This document shows, piece after piece, positions 1-8,384 of a DNA stretch of 32,000 nt (positions are counted from its first letter, which is position 1; every line of letters starts with the position of its first letter). Source of the stretch: Telmatocola sphagniphila (GTDB lineage: Bacteria > Planctomycetota > Planctomycetia > Gemmatales > Gemmataceae); contig NZ_CP074694.1 of assembly GCF_018398935.1 (NCBI RefSeq), positions 4,020,001 to 4,052,000 on the forward strand, in the 5' to 3' direction. The notes under the pieces are model-generated. The model was not told the origin of the DNA. It saw only the letters and a program-made list of their open reading frames with translations, and did no database searches. Both the position numbers and the translations under genes were made by a program.

Positions 1-2249
1 TGTTTGGTCATGTAGATCATGCGCCGCCATTCGGGCGGACCGAATTTGGTCTTGGGAATATAGACTTTCACATAATTGGAATTCGGCTCGAAGAGATCGA
101 AGCCCGGTCCCCCCGCTGTCAAATCGAGTTTGCCCGAAATGAATAGAATCGTATCGCGCAGCGGCTCCGCTTCGAGTCGAGCGGGCGGATACCGCCAGAG
201 CAGTCGAGCATCCGTATCGGCCGCCAATCCCTGTGAATTTGGCGTGCTGGCCTGACGATAAGCAGCGGACATCACGATCAGCTTGTGTATCCGCTTCATT
301 TTCCAGCCGCCAATCACGAACTCATCGGCCAGCCAATCCAGCAACTCCGGATGAACCGGCTTCGCGCCGTTGATGCCAAAATCGCTGGGCGTGGCCACGA
401 TTCCCGCCCCGAAATGATGCTGCCAGAGGCGATTGACCATCACCCGCGCGGTGAGCGGATTTTTGGGGTCGACAATCCAATCTGCCAAGGCCAGCCGGCG
501 TTTTTCTTCCGGGGCATTCATCGGTAACTGCAGCTTGGCTCCCAGGCTCACCGGTGCGGCCGCAGCCATCTCTTCCTTGGGCGCGGTGATTTCGCCGCGC
601 AACAATCGATGCGTCTTTTCCGGAGCCGTGAATCGCCCCGCATAAATCTGATACGGAAGTTTACTTGAGCCATCCGAGACCGTGTAATCTTTCTTCACCA
701 CCGTCTGCCAATGATCGGGCTCCCTGGCGACTTCAATTCGATAAGCGACCGCCAGCCGGTCTGCAAATTGCCCCAGCCGATCCCGACTCCAGACAACTCG
801 ATCGATCTTCTCGACTTTGGGGAGTTCGAACTGCACCCAGCCCTGCCCAGTCTGGTGGGAAATCCAGCTATGGGAATTGCCCGGCTGCCCATCATTGATG
901 AATTCCAGCTTGTGGATGGCATAACCAGGTAGTGTGCCGGAGGCCGTGACTTTGGTGCCGTTTTTAGCCAGAGCTACGTTGCGAGATGCGGGGCCGCTGG
1001 TGAAGATTTCCAGTTCATCTATGCAGGGTTCGGCGTTGCCCTCGGTCTTCAATAGGGTCATTCGGACATAGCGAGCTTCCACGGCCGGAAATCGCTCTTC
1101 GTTAAGAAGAGGGTTCACAGTCGTCTGGCCGGTCTTCACGGGCCGCTCGCCATGTTGTACACCCGCAAAGACGGCCTTCAGCCCATAGTAATCGGCTTGC
1201 GAGACGGGATCAAACTTGTGATCGTGACAGCGGGCACAACCGAGCGTAACTCCCAAAAAGGTCGTGCCGGTCGTGCCGATGATATCGTGCAATTCATCGG
1301 CCCGCTGCTGAGCATTCAAAAGCGGATCGCCCTTCACCATGTCGTACGCCCCGGCCACCAGATAGCCGGTCGCTTCCCCCTGCCCCAGTTGATCGCCGGC
1401 CAGTTGTTCCTTGACGAAACGATCATAAGGCTTGTCTTCATTGAGAGAGCGAATGACATAGTCGCGATAGGGCCAGGCATTCGGGCGGAACAGATTCATC
1501 TCGAAGCCTTGAGTTTCCGCAAAGCGAACGACATCCAGCCAGTGTCGAGCCCAGCGTTCGCCAAATTGCGGAGCCGCTAAGAATTTATCGACGCATTTCT
1601 CGTAGGCGTTGGGATCGTTATCCTTCAGGAATGCCTGCACTTCCTCGGGCGTCGGCGGCAGCCCGAGCAGATCGAATTTCAATCGCCGTAGAAGTGTGAC
1701 TTTGTCGGCTTCCGGATTCATCTTCAGATGGGATTGAGCCAACTTTTGGATGAGAAAATTATCAATCGGATTCTTGGCCGTGCTGTCTTTAGGCAGAGAA
1801 GGCACGTCCGGCCGTTTAACCGGTTGATAAGCCCAGTGCGTCAGTCGAGCGTCCACATCTGAGGTCTTGGGCCAATCGGCCCCGCGATCAATCCAGTTTT
1901 TAATGCTCCGAATCTCCGCCGAGCTCAGCCGATCTCCCTGTGGCGGCATTTGCTCCTCTGGATTTTTGCTCTGAATGCGAGCCATCAGGAGACTGGCCTC
2001 GCTTTTACCAGCGACAATTGCCGGTCCGGAGCCGCCGCCTTTGAAGAAGGAGTCCCGCCGGTCAAAACGCAGATCGCCTTTTTGTTTCTCGGAGCCGTGG
2101 CAGGAGTAGCAATGCTTCTGAAAGATCGGTTGAATCTCTTTTTCGAAGTTCACAACTGGGTTTTTTGATTCTTGGGAATACAGCCGAGCTGAGGCGCTAA
2201 GACCTGGGAAGGCGAGGCATAATCCGGCGAGGAGAATCCGTGAGATCAT
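1..2249 (-). CDS. PSD1-family protein, partial (runs off the left edge): signal peptide + planctomycete cytochrome c domain (PSCyt1) + DUF1549 + F5/8 type C (discoidin)-like domain + DUF1553
   Basis: My own minus-strand translation from the ATG at 2249 gives MISRILLAGLCLAFPGLSASA...IQPIFQKHCYSCHGSEKQKGDLRFD (CxxCH at about 2096-2110). Later motifs are ...CARCHDHKFDP..., the discoidin-like ...NSHSWISHQTGQGWVQFELPKVEKIDRVVWSRDR..., and ...NRLWQHHFGAGIVATPSDFGINGAKPVHPELLDWLADEF... The frame stays open to base 1. It is missing from the ORF track because it has no stop codon inside the window. Confidence 0.85.
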   Translation of the reverse strand, partial: MISRILLAGLCLAFPGLSASARLYSQESKNPVVNFEKEIQPIFQKHCYSCHGSEKQKGDLRFDRRDSFFKGGGSGPAIVAGKSEASLLMARIQSKNPEEQMPPQGDRLSSAEIRSIKNWIDRGADWPKTSDVDARLTHWAYQPVKRPDVPSLPKDSTAKNPIDNFLIQKLAQSHLKMNPEADKVTLLRRLKFDLLGLPPTPEEVQAFLKDNDPNAYEKCVDKFLAAPQFGERWARHWLDVVRFAETQGFEMNLFRPNAWPYRDYVIRSLNEDKPYDRFVKEQLAGDQLGQGEATGYLVAGAYDMVKGDPLLNAQQRADELHDIIGTTGTTFLGVTLGCARCHDHKFDPVSQADYYGLKAVFAGVQHGERPVKTGQTTVNPLLNEERFPAVEARYVRMTLLKTEGNAEPCIDELEIFTSGPASRNVALAKNGTKVTASGTLPGYAIHKLEFINDGQPGNSHSWISHQTGQGWVQFELPKVEKIDRVVWSRDRLGQFADRLAVAYRIEVAREPDHWQTVVKKDYTVSDGSSKLPYQIYAGRFTAPEKTHRLLRGEITAPKEEMAAAAPVSLGAKLQLPMNAPEEKRRLALADWIVDPKNPLTARVMVNRLWQHHFGAGIVATPSDFGINGAKPVHPELLDWLADEFVIGGWKMKRIHKLIVMSAAYRQASTPNSQGLAADTDARLLWRYPPARLEAEPLRDTILFISGKLDLTAGGPGFDLFEPNSNYVKVYIPKTKFGPPEWRRMIYMTK

Positions 2250-2390
2250 GACGAGTCGCTCATCGATAGAAAAGGCTGTTCGTGTTTAACTGGCGGGAAG
2301 TATCAGTTTACACGATTTACCGGGCCTTGTGGAGCCAGAAATTGGAAGAAGAGGGAAGAGAAACGTGCCTACTCCCCTTGGGGTAGTCTA

Positions 2391-2992
2391 ATTCTTCTCA
2401 GCCAACTCTGCGGTTAACAGCTCTTCAAATAAACACAAACCTTTTTCACCACTGAGTACACCGAGAACACTGAGAGTCTTCTCCATTTGGCACAACATCT
2501 CTTAAAACTCTCTTTGCTCTGTTGAAAATGCTTCGCATTTTCAACAACACTCAAAATTCAGTAAACTGAAGCCTACCACAAAACCTCTCTGTGTTCTCAG
2601 TGCCCTCTGTGGTTAAATTCTTCATCTCTTAATTTACTGACTTCAGGGAACAGGCTCCGAAGACAGAGCCAGTCCCGCTCGAATAGCCGGTTTATTTTCT
2701 TCTTTCCTCAGCGGTTAAATGCTTTTCAAATAAACACAAAACTTTTTCCACCACTGAGTACACCGAGAACACTGAGAGTCTTCTCCATTTGGCACAACAT
2801 CTCTTAAAACTCTCTTTGCTCTGTTGAAAATGCTTCGCATTTTCAACAACACTCAAAATTCAGTAAACTGAAGCCTACCACAAAACCTCTCTGTGTTCTC
2901 AGTGCCCTCTGTGGTTAAATTCTTCATCTCTTAATTTGCTGACTTCAGGGAACAGGCTCCGAAGTCAAAGCCAGTTCCCCTCGAAACGCCGG
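2391..2992. repeat. Tandem direct duplication of a ~300-bp noncoding unit (copy 1 about 2391-2690, copy 2 about 2697-2992, period 302 bp)
   Basis: Bases 2447-2635 are identical to 2749-2937 (189 bp, offset 302), and the flanks are diverged. No ORF of 60 aa or more lies here. Each unit has a perfect 11-bp-stem hairpin, gttgaaaatgc-ttc-gcattttcaac (2521-2545 and 2823-2847). Each also has a 28-nt imperfect inverted repeat around that hairpin (2449-2476 pairs with 2586-2613, 23 of 28 positions) and a 3' hairpin, GGGAAC-a-GGCT...AGCC-a-GTTCCC. Confidence 0.9.
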
Positions 2993-3043
2993 ATGACTTC
3001 ACTTCACTGCTGCAGCAGATAATGATTTCCATCCCTCATCCCC

Positions 3044-3226
3044 CTACTCCCCAGCGATCGGGAAATAGCGATGGCTGATCCAGAGCAAGAGTCCCAACAG
3101 ACTAATGCCCAGCGACAGGCTGCCGAAGATCAGCCACTTCTCCACCGGTAATAGCGGCTCGGCCTCCACCTTCGATAATTCCTCGGCAATTTGCCGATCA
3201 CTCGGCGGTATTTTGGGTGCTTCCAT
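3044..3226 (-). CDS. Small C-terminally membrane-anchored protein (60 aa), translationally coupled to the upstream transporter gene
   Basis: ORF track entry. One hydrophobic helix (WLIFGSLSLGISLLGLLLWI). On the minus strand the upstream stop and this start read TAAcATG, a 1-nt gap. Confidence 0.5.
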   Translation of the reverse strand: MEAPKIPPSDRQIAEELSKVEAEPLLPVEKWLIFGSLSLGISLLGLLLWISHRYFPIAGE

Positions 3227-3227
3227 G

Positions 3228-4646
3228 TTACTTCACTCCCCCCGCGGACATGCCGTGAAAGAACAGATAGGAGATTGCCAGACCGATCCAGATCACGAAG
3301 CCGAAGAGACTGACGACATAGACGAGTGCCAGTCGACCCAACCCCTCGGCCCAGAGTCGGCGAATATTCGTTGCCAGACCAATACTGAAAAAGGTCAGCA
3401 CGAAAAAGATCCGGCGAAAAACGTCCGTCTGATCGGTCGCTTTCTTCAAGATCGGAGCTTCGGAAGGATCGAAAAATCCCAGTGCGAAGAAGACTCCGAA
3501 CGTCAGGGCGTAGCCAAAAACGAATTTTGGAAAACGCTCCCAGATTTCAAGCAACGGCAAGCCGCCTTCTTTTCGCTTGTCGATCTTCCAGGCCCAGATG
3601 GCCGACAAAATTAAGGCCCAAATGCCGATGAACACATCAATGAAAACTTTTACCGTGGTCGTTGTCAAAGCCATCCACTTCCGGCTCGGATCGGCCGGAT
3701 CGGGATAGTAGAGTGCGGCGGTAATCTCGCCGCTGGAGAACGCCGCGCCGTCCGTCTTGACCGCCAGACCCATCCAACCCGCAGCCACCATCGGGTCATT
3801 GGGAAGAAGAGTGTGGGCCAGACTCGGCAGGACCAGCATTTCGATAACCGCAAAGACAACTACCAGAGAAGAAACCATAACCGGCACCAGCGGCCGGGCC
3901 CGAATGGCGGCCCCGGTAGTGATGGCCGCCGTGACCCCACAGATAGATATTCCCGAAGCCAAGGGAGCCGCCCACTCCCGGCTGAAACCGAATAATTTTC
4001 GTGCGATCAGGTAGACGAGTGCCCAGTAGATGAGATAGGCTTCGATGATGGCGGCCAGTCCGCGAAACAGAATAGCCCCAGCCCGAGCCGACTCTTCGGC
4101 GGCTTTGATCCCCAACACCGCTCCGTAAATCACGATGCCCGCTTTGATAAACAACTCGGGTCGCGCGGCCTCTCTGAACCAGTCAGCCCATTTAGGAATC
4201 AGGTTGCCGATCAACAAGCCTCCCAGCAGAGCCAGGATATAGCCCGCTTCTCCGGTAAGACCCAGGGACCACTCGACGCCGACCGGTCGTTTATTGGGAG
4301 TCGCGGCGATATAGGAATTATGGCCGAGGATCCAGAGTAAGAACGCGATTGCAAAAAGCAGAGTGAATTTGATGGCAAATTGCTTTGGGTTCACGCCGAG
4401 GAAGATCGCACCCCCGGAGAGCACGACGAGCAAAAAAGCATAGGTCGCGCCCAAGGCTCCCCAACCGGTGATGTTGGCGTAAGAGGAAGAGGAGGGCGCG
4501 ATGGCCTTGGAGAAGCTGGTCCATTCTTTGACCGCCGCAGACCAGCCGAGCAGATTTATGCCGGCCAGCATTCCCAAGCTCAGGGCGATAAGGAGAATGC
4601 CTAGCAGCACGGCCAGTACATCCTCGGATCGAAACCAGGATTTCAT
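3228..4646 (-). CDS. Multi-pass membrane protein, probably of the putative sulfate exporter family (YeiH/UPF0324-like)
   Basis: The 472-aa ORF is hydrophobic throughout. The segment LASGISICGVTAAITTGAAIRARP resembles the conserved ICG-x-SA motif I recall for the UPF0324/YeiH family. The family call rests on recall only. Confidence 0.55.
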   Translation of the reverse strand: MKSWFRSEDVLAVLLGILLIALSLGMLAGINLLGWSAAVKEWTSFSKAIAPSSSSYANITGWGALGATYAFLLVVLSGGAIFLGVNPKQFAIKFTLLFAIAFLLWILGHNSYIAATPNKRPVGVEWSLGLTGEAGYILALLGGLLIGNLIPKWADWFREAARPELFIKAGIVIYGAVLGIKAAEESARAGAILFRGLAAIIEAYLIYWALVYLIARKLFGFSREWAAPLASGISICGVTAAITTGAAIRARPLVPVMVSSLVVVFAVIEMLVLPSLAHTLLPNDPMVAAGWMGLAVKTDGAAFSSGEITAALYYPDPADPSRKWMALTTTTVKVFIDVFIGIWALILSAIWAWKIDKRKEGGLPLLEIWERFPKFVFGYALTFGVFFALGFFDPSEAPILKKATDQTDVFRRIFFVLTFFSIGLATNIRRLWAEGLGRLALVYVVSLFGFVIWIGLAISYLFFHGMSAGGVK

Positions 4647-4784
4647 GAAAAGTCTTCGCCCGGAGAGAAAAAAGCCAAACGGAGGGTAAGGAGAAAATAT
4701 AGGGATTTAACGAGGGGTGAGTAAATCGGTTAAATCGCGATGGAGTTGAAGTGAGAGTCCGGAAAGTATTTTTCCCAAATCCTT

Positions 4785-4811
4785 TTGAACGAAAACTGCT
4801 CTGGGTATAAT
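4785..4811 (+). promoter_or_regulatory. Candidate sigma-70-type promoter (TTGAAC, 15-nt spacer, TATAAT)
   Basis: A perfect TATAAT sits at 4806-4811 and TTGAAC at 4785-4790. The 15-nt spacer is shorter than optimal. If real, it places the CDS start at the ATG at 4839, not the TTG at 4785. Confidence 0.3.
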
Positions 4812-4838
4812 TCTACAGTAAGAGATTCACACTTCAGG

Positions 4839-6806
4839 ATGGGACGCATGCTATATTCGATTCGCTCCGGGCTTTCTACTCGCACGAACTCCGCTACCCA
4901 AAAACTGCGAACAACTCGTTTGAAACTGGAAGATCTCGAAGCCCGCCGAGTTCTCTCTACCTACATTGTGAACAGCCTCGATGATGTGCTGGATACGACC
5001 ATCACTACCGCCCACATGACGTTACCCGACGCCGTCAGTCTGGCGAATAGCGCCTCCGGCTCGAATTCCATCACCTTCGACCCGGCACTCACCAAAAATG
5101 GGTCTGCTACCTTCACCCTGACCGCACCCTTAAACTTGACGGGCAACTTCGCCATTCTCGGCCCGACTGCGAACCAGATCATCCTCTCGGCACCGAACAT
5201 CAGCAATGTTGCTTTCACCGTGGCCAGCTCAGCCAACATCGATATCGAGAATTTGGAGTTTACGAATTTCTCGACTCCGGTCCAAAATTTGAATGGATCC
5301 CTCGTTAGTAATGCCGGGGTTTTGAAGTTGGGAAATTGCACTTTCTATCAAAATATCATCTCAGCTAATGGTAGTCTAATTAACAACTCGGGAAATCTAA
5401 CTCTCACTAGCTCGAATTTCACTTCAAACCTATGTATTGGCACAATTGACACCTGCATCTACAGCACTAGCAATATTTTAATTTCGGATAGCACGTTCTA
5501 TAAGAATCAGACCAATTTACGGTATGCTCTCGAGTTTGCTTCTGGGCATGCTGCCGTCGCAAATTGCACATTATTTGGAAACTTAGCCGAGAGTGGTGGC
5601 ACAATAGAAATTGATAAAGCCACCGTTACTATCACGAATTCAACAATAGTGAATAACGCCTCAAGCTATGGTGGTTTCGCCATCAATTCGAATACCGCTT
5701 TCGGCATATACAATTCGATTATTGCTGGAAATTCAGGAGGAGGATCCGGCCACGACTATCTTACCGATACCAATATCAATGGCCCCGTATCTTCCACGAG
5801 TTCCAATAACATCACTAGTTCGGCAAGCATGCCAGACGGTAACAACAACATTTTTATGCCACAAGTATATCCTTTAGGTGAAGCAATCGAGTACGACAAT
5901 CTCGCAGTCCTCTTCGGCAACAATCCGACGCTTCAGAACAACGGCGGTCCGACTGAAACTCTGGCACTCATCCCAAACAGTCTCGCCCTCGGTCATGGCT
6001 CACCGCAGGTTCCCAACTACGTAAATTTTGATCAGCGCGGTGTCACGCGGGCCCAATTGGCTCCTGATATCGGAGCCTATCAAGAAACGCCAACAACCAG
6101 CCAAACTTTACTGTCCACATACGGCGTGGCCACCACGCCGACCACGCTGTTCGCGCCGACCCCGGCAGCCGATAGCAACACAGCCTTCGTACTGGGTCTT
6201 TACAATGCCGTCCTGAAACGATCGGGGGACACTGCTGGAATCACAGCGCTAGTCGCAGATCTCAATTCGGGAGTCTCCCGGCAAACTCTCGCCTATGCTT
6301 TGATCAATTCCACAGAGAATCGAACCAATGAAGTGGAGACTTACTATCAGACTCTGCTGAATCGCGCTGCAGATCCGAAGGGATTAAAGCATTTTGTCGC
6401 AATGCTTCAGAATGGAGCGAATGAAAGCGATGTGGTATTGCAAATTCTCTCCTCTCAGGAATTCCTAGCGGCCAACAACAACACGCAACTGGTTTCGAAA
6501 CTCTATCAACTCTTTCTGGGTCGCACTCCGGACGTCGCCGGTTCCGCCGGGTGGGTCAACGCTCTGAATCAGGGCAAGCTTACACCGGCCCAAGTGGCAA
6601 GAAATATTCTGTTTTCAAATGAGTCTTTAAACCTCGTTATCCAATCCGATTTCAACAGCTATTTGGAAAGAAGTGCGGAGCCGGGCGCCGTGAGTGGTTT
6701 TGAGAATCAACTCCAAAATGGACGATTGACTTTCGGGACTCTTCAAGCCACCATTCTGGCCTCAACCGAATTCCTTGCCGACGCCACGGCGCAAGTGAAG
6801 GCTTAG
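4839..6806 (+). CDS. Secreted right-handed parallel beta-helix protein with four C-terminal DUF4214 repeats
   Basis: The N-terminus carries ...TRLKLEDLEARRVLS, a Planctomycete extracellular-type motif. The centre is Asn/Ser/Thr-rich with beta-helix-like repeats (NCTFYQN, SDSTFYKN, NCTLFGN, NSTIVNN, NSIIAGN), followed by NGGPTETLAL...FDQRGVTR...DIGAYQ. Four DUF4214-like units follow (LYNAVLKRSGDTAG..., YYQTLLNRAADPKG..., LYQLFLGRTPDVAG..., FNSYLERSAEPGA...). The track starts this ORF at a TTG at 4785; I prefer the ATG at 4839. Confidence 0.8.
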   Translation: MGRMLYSIRSGLSTRTNSATQKLRTTRLKLEDLEARRVLSTYIVNSLDDVLDTTITTAHMTLPDAVSLANSASGSNSITFDPALTKNGSATFTLTAPLNLTGNFAILGPTANQIILSAPNISNVAFTVASSANIDIENLEFTNFSTPVQNLNGSLVSNAGVLKLGNCTFYQNIISANGSLINNSGNLTLTSSNFTSNLCIGTIDTCIYSTSNILISDSTFYKNQTNLRYALEFASGHAAVANCTLFGNLAESGGTIEIDKATVTITNSTIVNNASSYGGFAINSNTAFGIYNSIIAGNSGGGSGHDYLTDTNINGPVSSTSSNNITSSASMPDGNNNIFMPQVYPLGEAIEYDNLAVLFGNNPTLQNNGGPTETLALIPNSLALGHGSPQVPNYVNFDQRGVTRAQLAPDIGAYQETPTTSQTLLSTYGVATTPTTLFAPTPAADSNTAFVLGLYNAVLKRSGDTAGITALVADLNSGVSRQTLAYALINSTENRTNEVETYYQTLLNRAADPKGLKHFVAMLQNGANESDVVLQILSSQEFLAANNNTQLVSKLYQLFLGRTPDVAGSAGWVNALNQGKLTPAQVARNILFSNESLNLVIQSDFNSYLERSAEPGAVSGFENQLQNGRLTFGTLQATILASTEFLADATAQVKA

Positions 6807-6827
6807 GCACCTTGAGTTTTGAATACA

Positions 6828-6856
6828 GAGGAAGGAAGTTCTTTTGCGCCTTCCTC
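6828..6856 (+). terminator. Stem-loop downstream of the beta-helix gene (GAGGAAGG / CCTTCCTC, 13-nt loop)
   Basis: A perfect 8-bp stem begins 22 nt after the stop codon. No U-tract follows, so intrinsic-terminator function is uncertain. Confidence 0.35.
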
Positions 6857-6974
6857 GCAGTAACCAAATCACACTCTCCAACTCAAAAACTTCTTTACTG
6901 GACATCCCCCCTCTTGCGGGCTATGGATGCTTTGCAGGAATCCCTCTCCTTTGCTTAGGCATTAAAAGATCGGT

Positions 6975-7898
6975 TTGGAAATGGAATTGCATACATCCCC
7001 GACTGACTCGGAAGCTCCCCGCTGGGCCCGGCGCTGGCTCTGGGTGGCCGGTTGGTACAACCTGATCTGGGGAACACTCACAATCCTTTTCCCCAATCTG
7101 TTGTTCGATCTCGTCGGCATTCCACGCCTCAACTATCCCGAAATCTGGCAGTGCGTCGGCATGATCGTCGGCGTCTACGGCGTCGGCTACCTGATTGCCG
7201 CGGGAGATCCTCATACGCACTGGCCGATAGTTCTGGTCGGACTACTCGGTAAAATTTTCGGTCCGATCGGTTTCGCTTTTGCACTTTTCAAAGGCACTTT
7301 CCCGCCGTTGTTCGGGTTAACCATTCTGACGAACGACCTGATTTGGTGGGTGCCGTTCACCTACCTGATCTGGGATGCGATGAATTATCGCGGCGATCAG
7401 CGACCGAGCAAGAACGCCCTTCAGCACTTCATTCGGGAATCGCGCATCGCCGCCACTCCGGAAACCGTTTTTCAATTTCATGAGAGCCCGGAAGCGCTGG
7501 AAAAGTTGATTCCACCCTGGGAAAACATGAAAGTTTCTGAATCGGCCGGCTCGCTGAAACCTGGGAGCCGGGTAGTGCTCGCCGGGAAGAGCGGCCCTAT
7601 TCCAATGCGATGGGTTGCCCTTCATACCGAATACGAGCCACCCCGGATGTTCGCCGATCAGCAATTGTCGGGTCCGTTTGCCTGGTGGTACCATCGGCAT
7701 GAGTTTATCGATGATGGCGCAGGCGGGACGATCTTGCGGGATAATGTGGAGTATGTTGCCCCGATGGGTGCGGTGGGGCGAATATTGGGAGGCTGGTTGG
7801 TTCGCCGGAAACTGGCGAAGATGTTTACCTATCGACACCAAGTTACTCGACAGATCGTCGAATCTGGTACTTGCGAAACTTCCGCACAGCAAAAATAG
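6975..7898 (+). CDS. Membrane-anchored SRPBCC (polyketide cyclase/lipid-binding START-like) domain protein
   Basis: The N-terminal ~130 aa contain about 4 hydrophobic helices. The C-terminal half (ATPETVFQFHESPEALEKLIPPW...GPFAWWYHRHEF...) matches my recollection of COG4276-type SRPBCC proteins. Confidence 0.6.
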   Translation: MEMELHTSPTDSEAPRWARRWLWVAGWYNLIWGTLTILFPNLLFDLVGIPRLNYPEIWQCVGMIVGVYGVGYLIAAGDPHTHWPIVLVGLLGKIFGPIGFAFALFKGTFPPLFGLTILTNDLIWWVPFTYLIWDAMNYRGDQRPSKNALQHFIRESRIAATPETVFQFHESPEALEKLIPPWENMKVSESAGSLKPGSRVVLAGKSGPIPMRWVALHTEYEPPRMFADQQLSGPFAWWYHRHEFIDDGAGGTILRDNVEYVAPMGAVGRILGGWLVRRKLAKMFTYRHQVTRQIVESGTCETSAQQK

Positions 7899-7902
7899 AC
7901 AG

Positions 7903-8340
7903 ATGAACTTGGAACATTTACCCGAGTGGTTATCGCAGATCCATGTCGCCAGTACGCTCTACATGGTGGGACTGATCTGGTTTGTTCAGGTGGTTCACTA
8001 TCCTTTATTCGCACTGGCCAAAGGTGATGAATTTGAGAACTATATCCGGACGAACATGCGGCTTACCAGCTGGGTAGTAATACTGCCAATGGTTGCGGAA
8101 GGGGGAAGTGCCATTGCCCTATTCTGGTTTAGACCAGCGGGAATTTCGACGGAACTCTTAAGTGCGGGGTTGGGACTTCTTGTGGTGATTTGGGCGTCCA
8201 CTTTCCTGCTGCAAGTGCCCTGCCATGAACGTCTCGCGAATGGCTTTGACCCCGAGGTGCATCGCCGTCTGGTGCGTACCAACTGGATACGCACCATCGC
8301 ATGGAGCTTGAGAGGTATTTTGGTTTTGACGATGAAGTGA
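7903..8340 (+). CDS. Small 4-TM membrane protein, possibly DUF1772 (anthrone-oxygenase-like) family
   Basis: This is the in-frame ATG at 7903 within track ORF 7615..8340. The upstream part of that ORF overlaps the previous gene. The gap after the upstream TAG stop is 4 nt. The sequence is MNLEHLPEWLSQIHVASTLYMVGLIWFVQVVHYPLF... The family assignment is tentative. Confidence 0.5.
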   Translation: MNLEHLPEWLSQIHVASTLYMVGLIWFVQVVHYPLFALAKGDEFENYIRTNMRLTSWVVILPMVAEGGSAIALFWFRPAGISTELLSAGLGLLVVIWASTFLLQVPCHERLANGFDPEVHRRLVRTNWIRTIAWSLRGILVLTMK

Positions 8341-8350
8341 ATCGACTATC

Positions 8351-8376
8351 AGCGACGCATGCTATTCTGCGTCGCT
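8351..8376. terminator. Perfect 9-bp stem-loop between convergent genes (AGCGACGCA-tgctattc-TGCGTCGCT)
   Basis: It lies in the 44-bp gap between the stop at 8340 (+) and the stop at 8385 (-). An A5 run follows it on the plus strand, which is a T-run preceding it on the minus strand. It is not a canonical hairpin-plus-U-tail in either direction. Confidence 0.45.
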
Positions 8377-8384
8377 AAAAATAC

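Noticed and set aside
2487-2502. TGGCAC inside each repeat unit (also at about 2789) as a sigma-54 -24 element
   Set aside because: The sequence 5 nt downstream is ctctt, with no GC at the -12 position.
2391-2992. Whether the repeats form a CRISPR array
   Set aside because: There are only two units of about 300 bp, directly abutting with no unique spacers, and no cas genes in the window. The unit length is about ten times that of a CRISPR repeat.
4748-4765. gagagtccggaaag, which resembles the RNase P RNA GAAAGUCCGG core
   Set aside because: Only a short partial match with the order scrambled. There is no surrounding P4 or other conserved RNase P helix.
7615-7902. N-terminal 96 aa of track ORF 7615..8340
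   Set aside because: This part overlaps the 3' end of the SRPBCC gene in another frame and looks non-protein-like. An internal ATG at 7903, just after the upstream stop, gives a coherent 4-TM protein.
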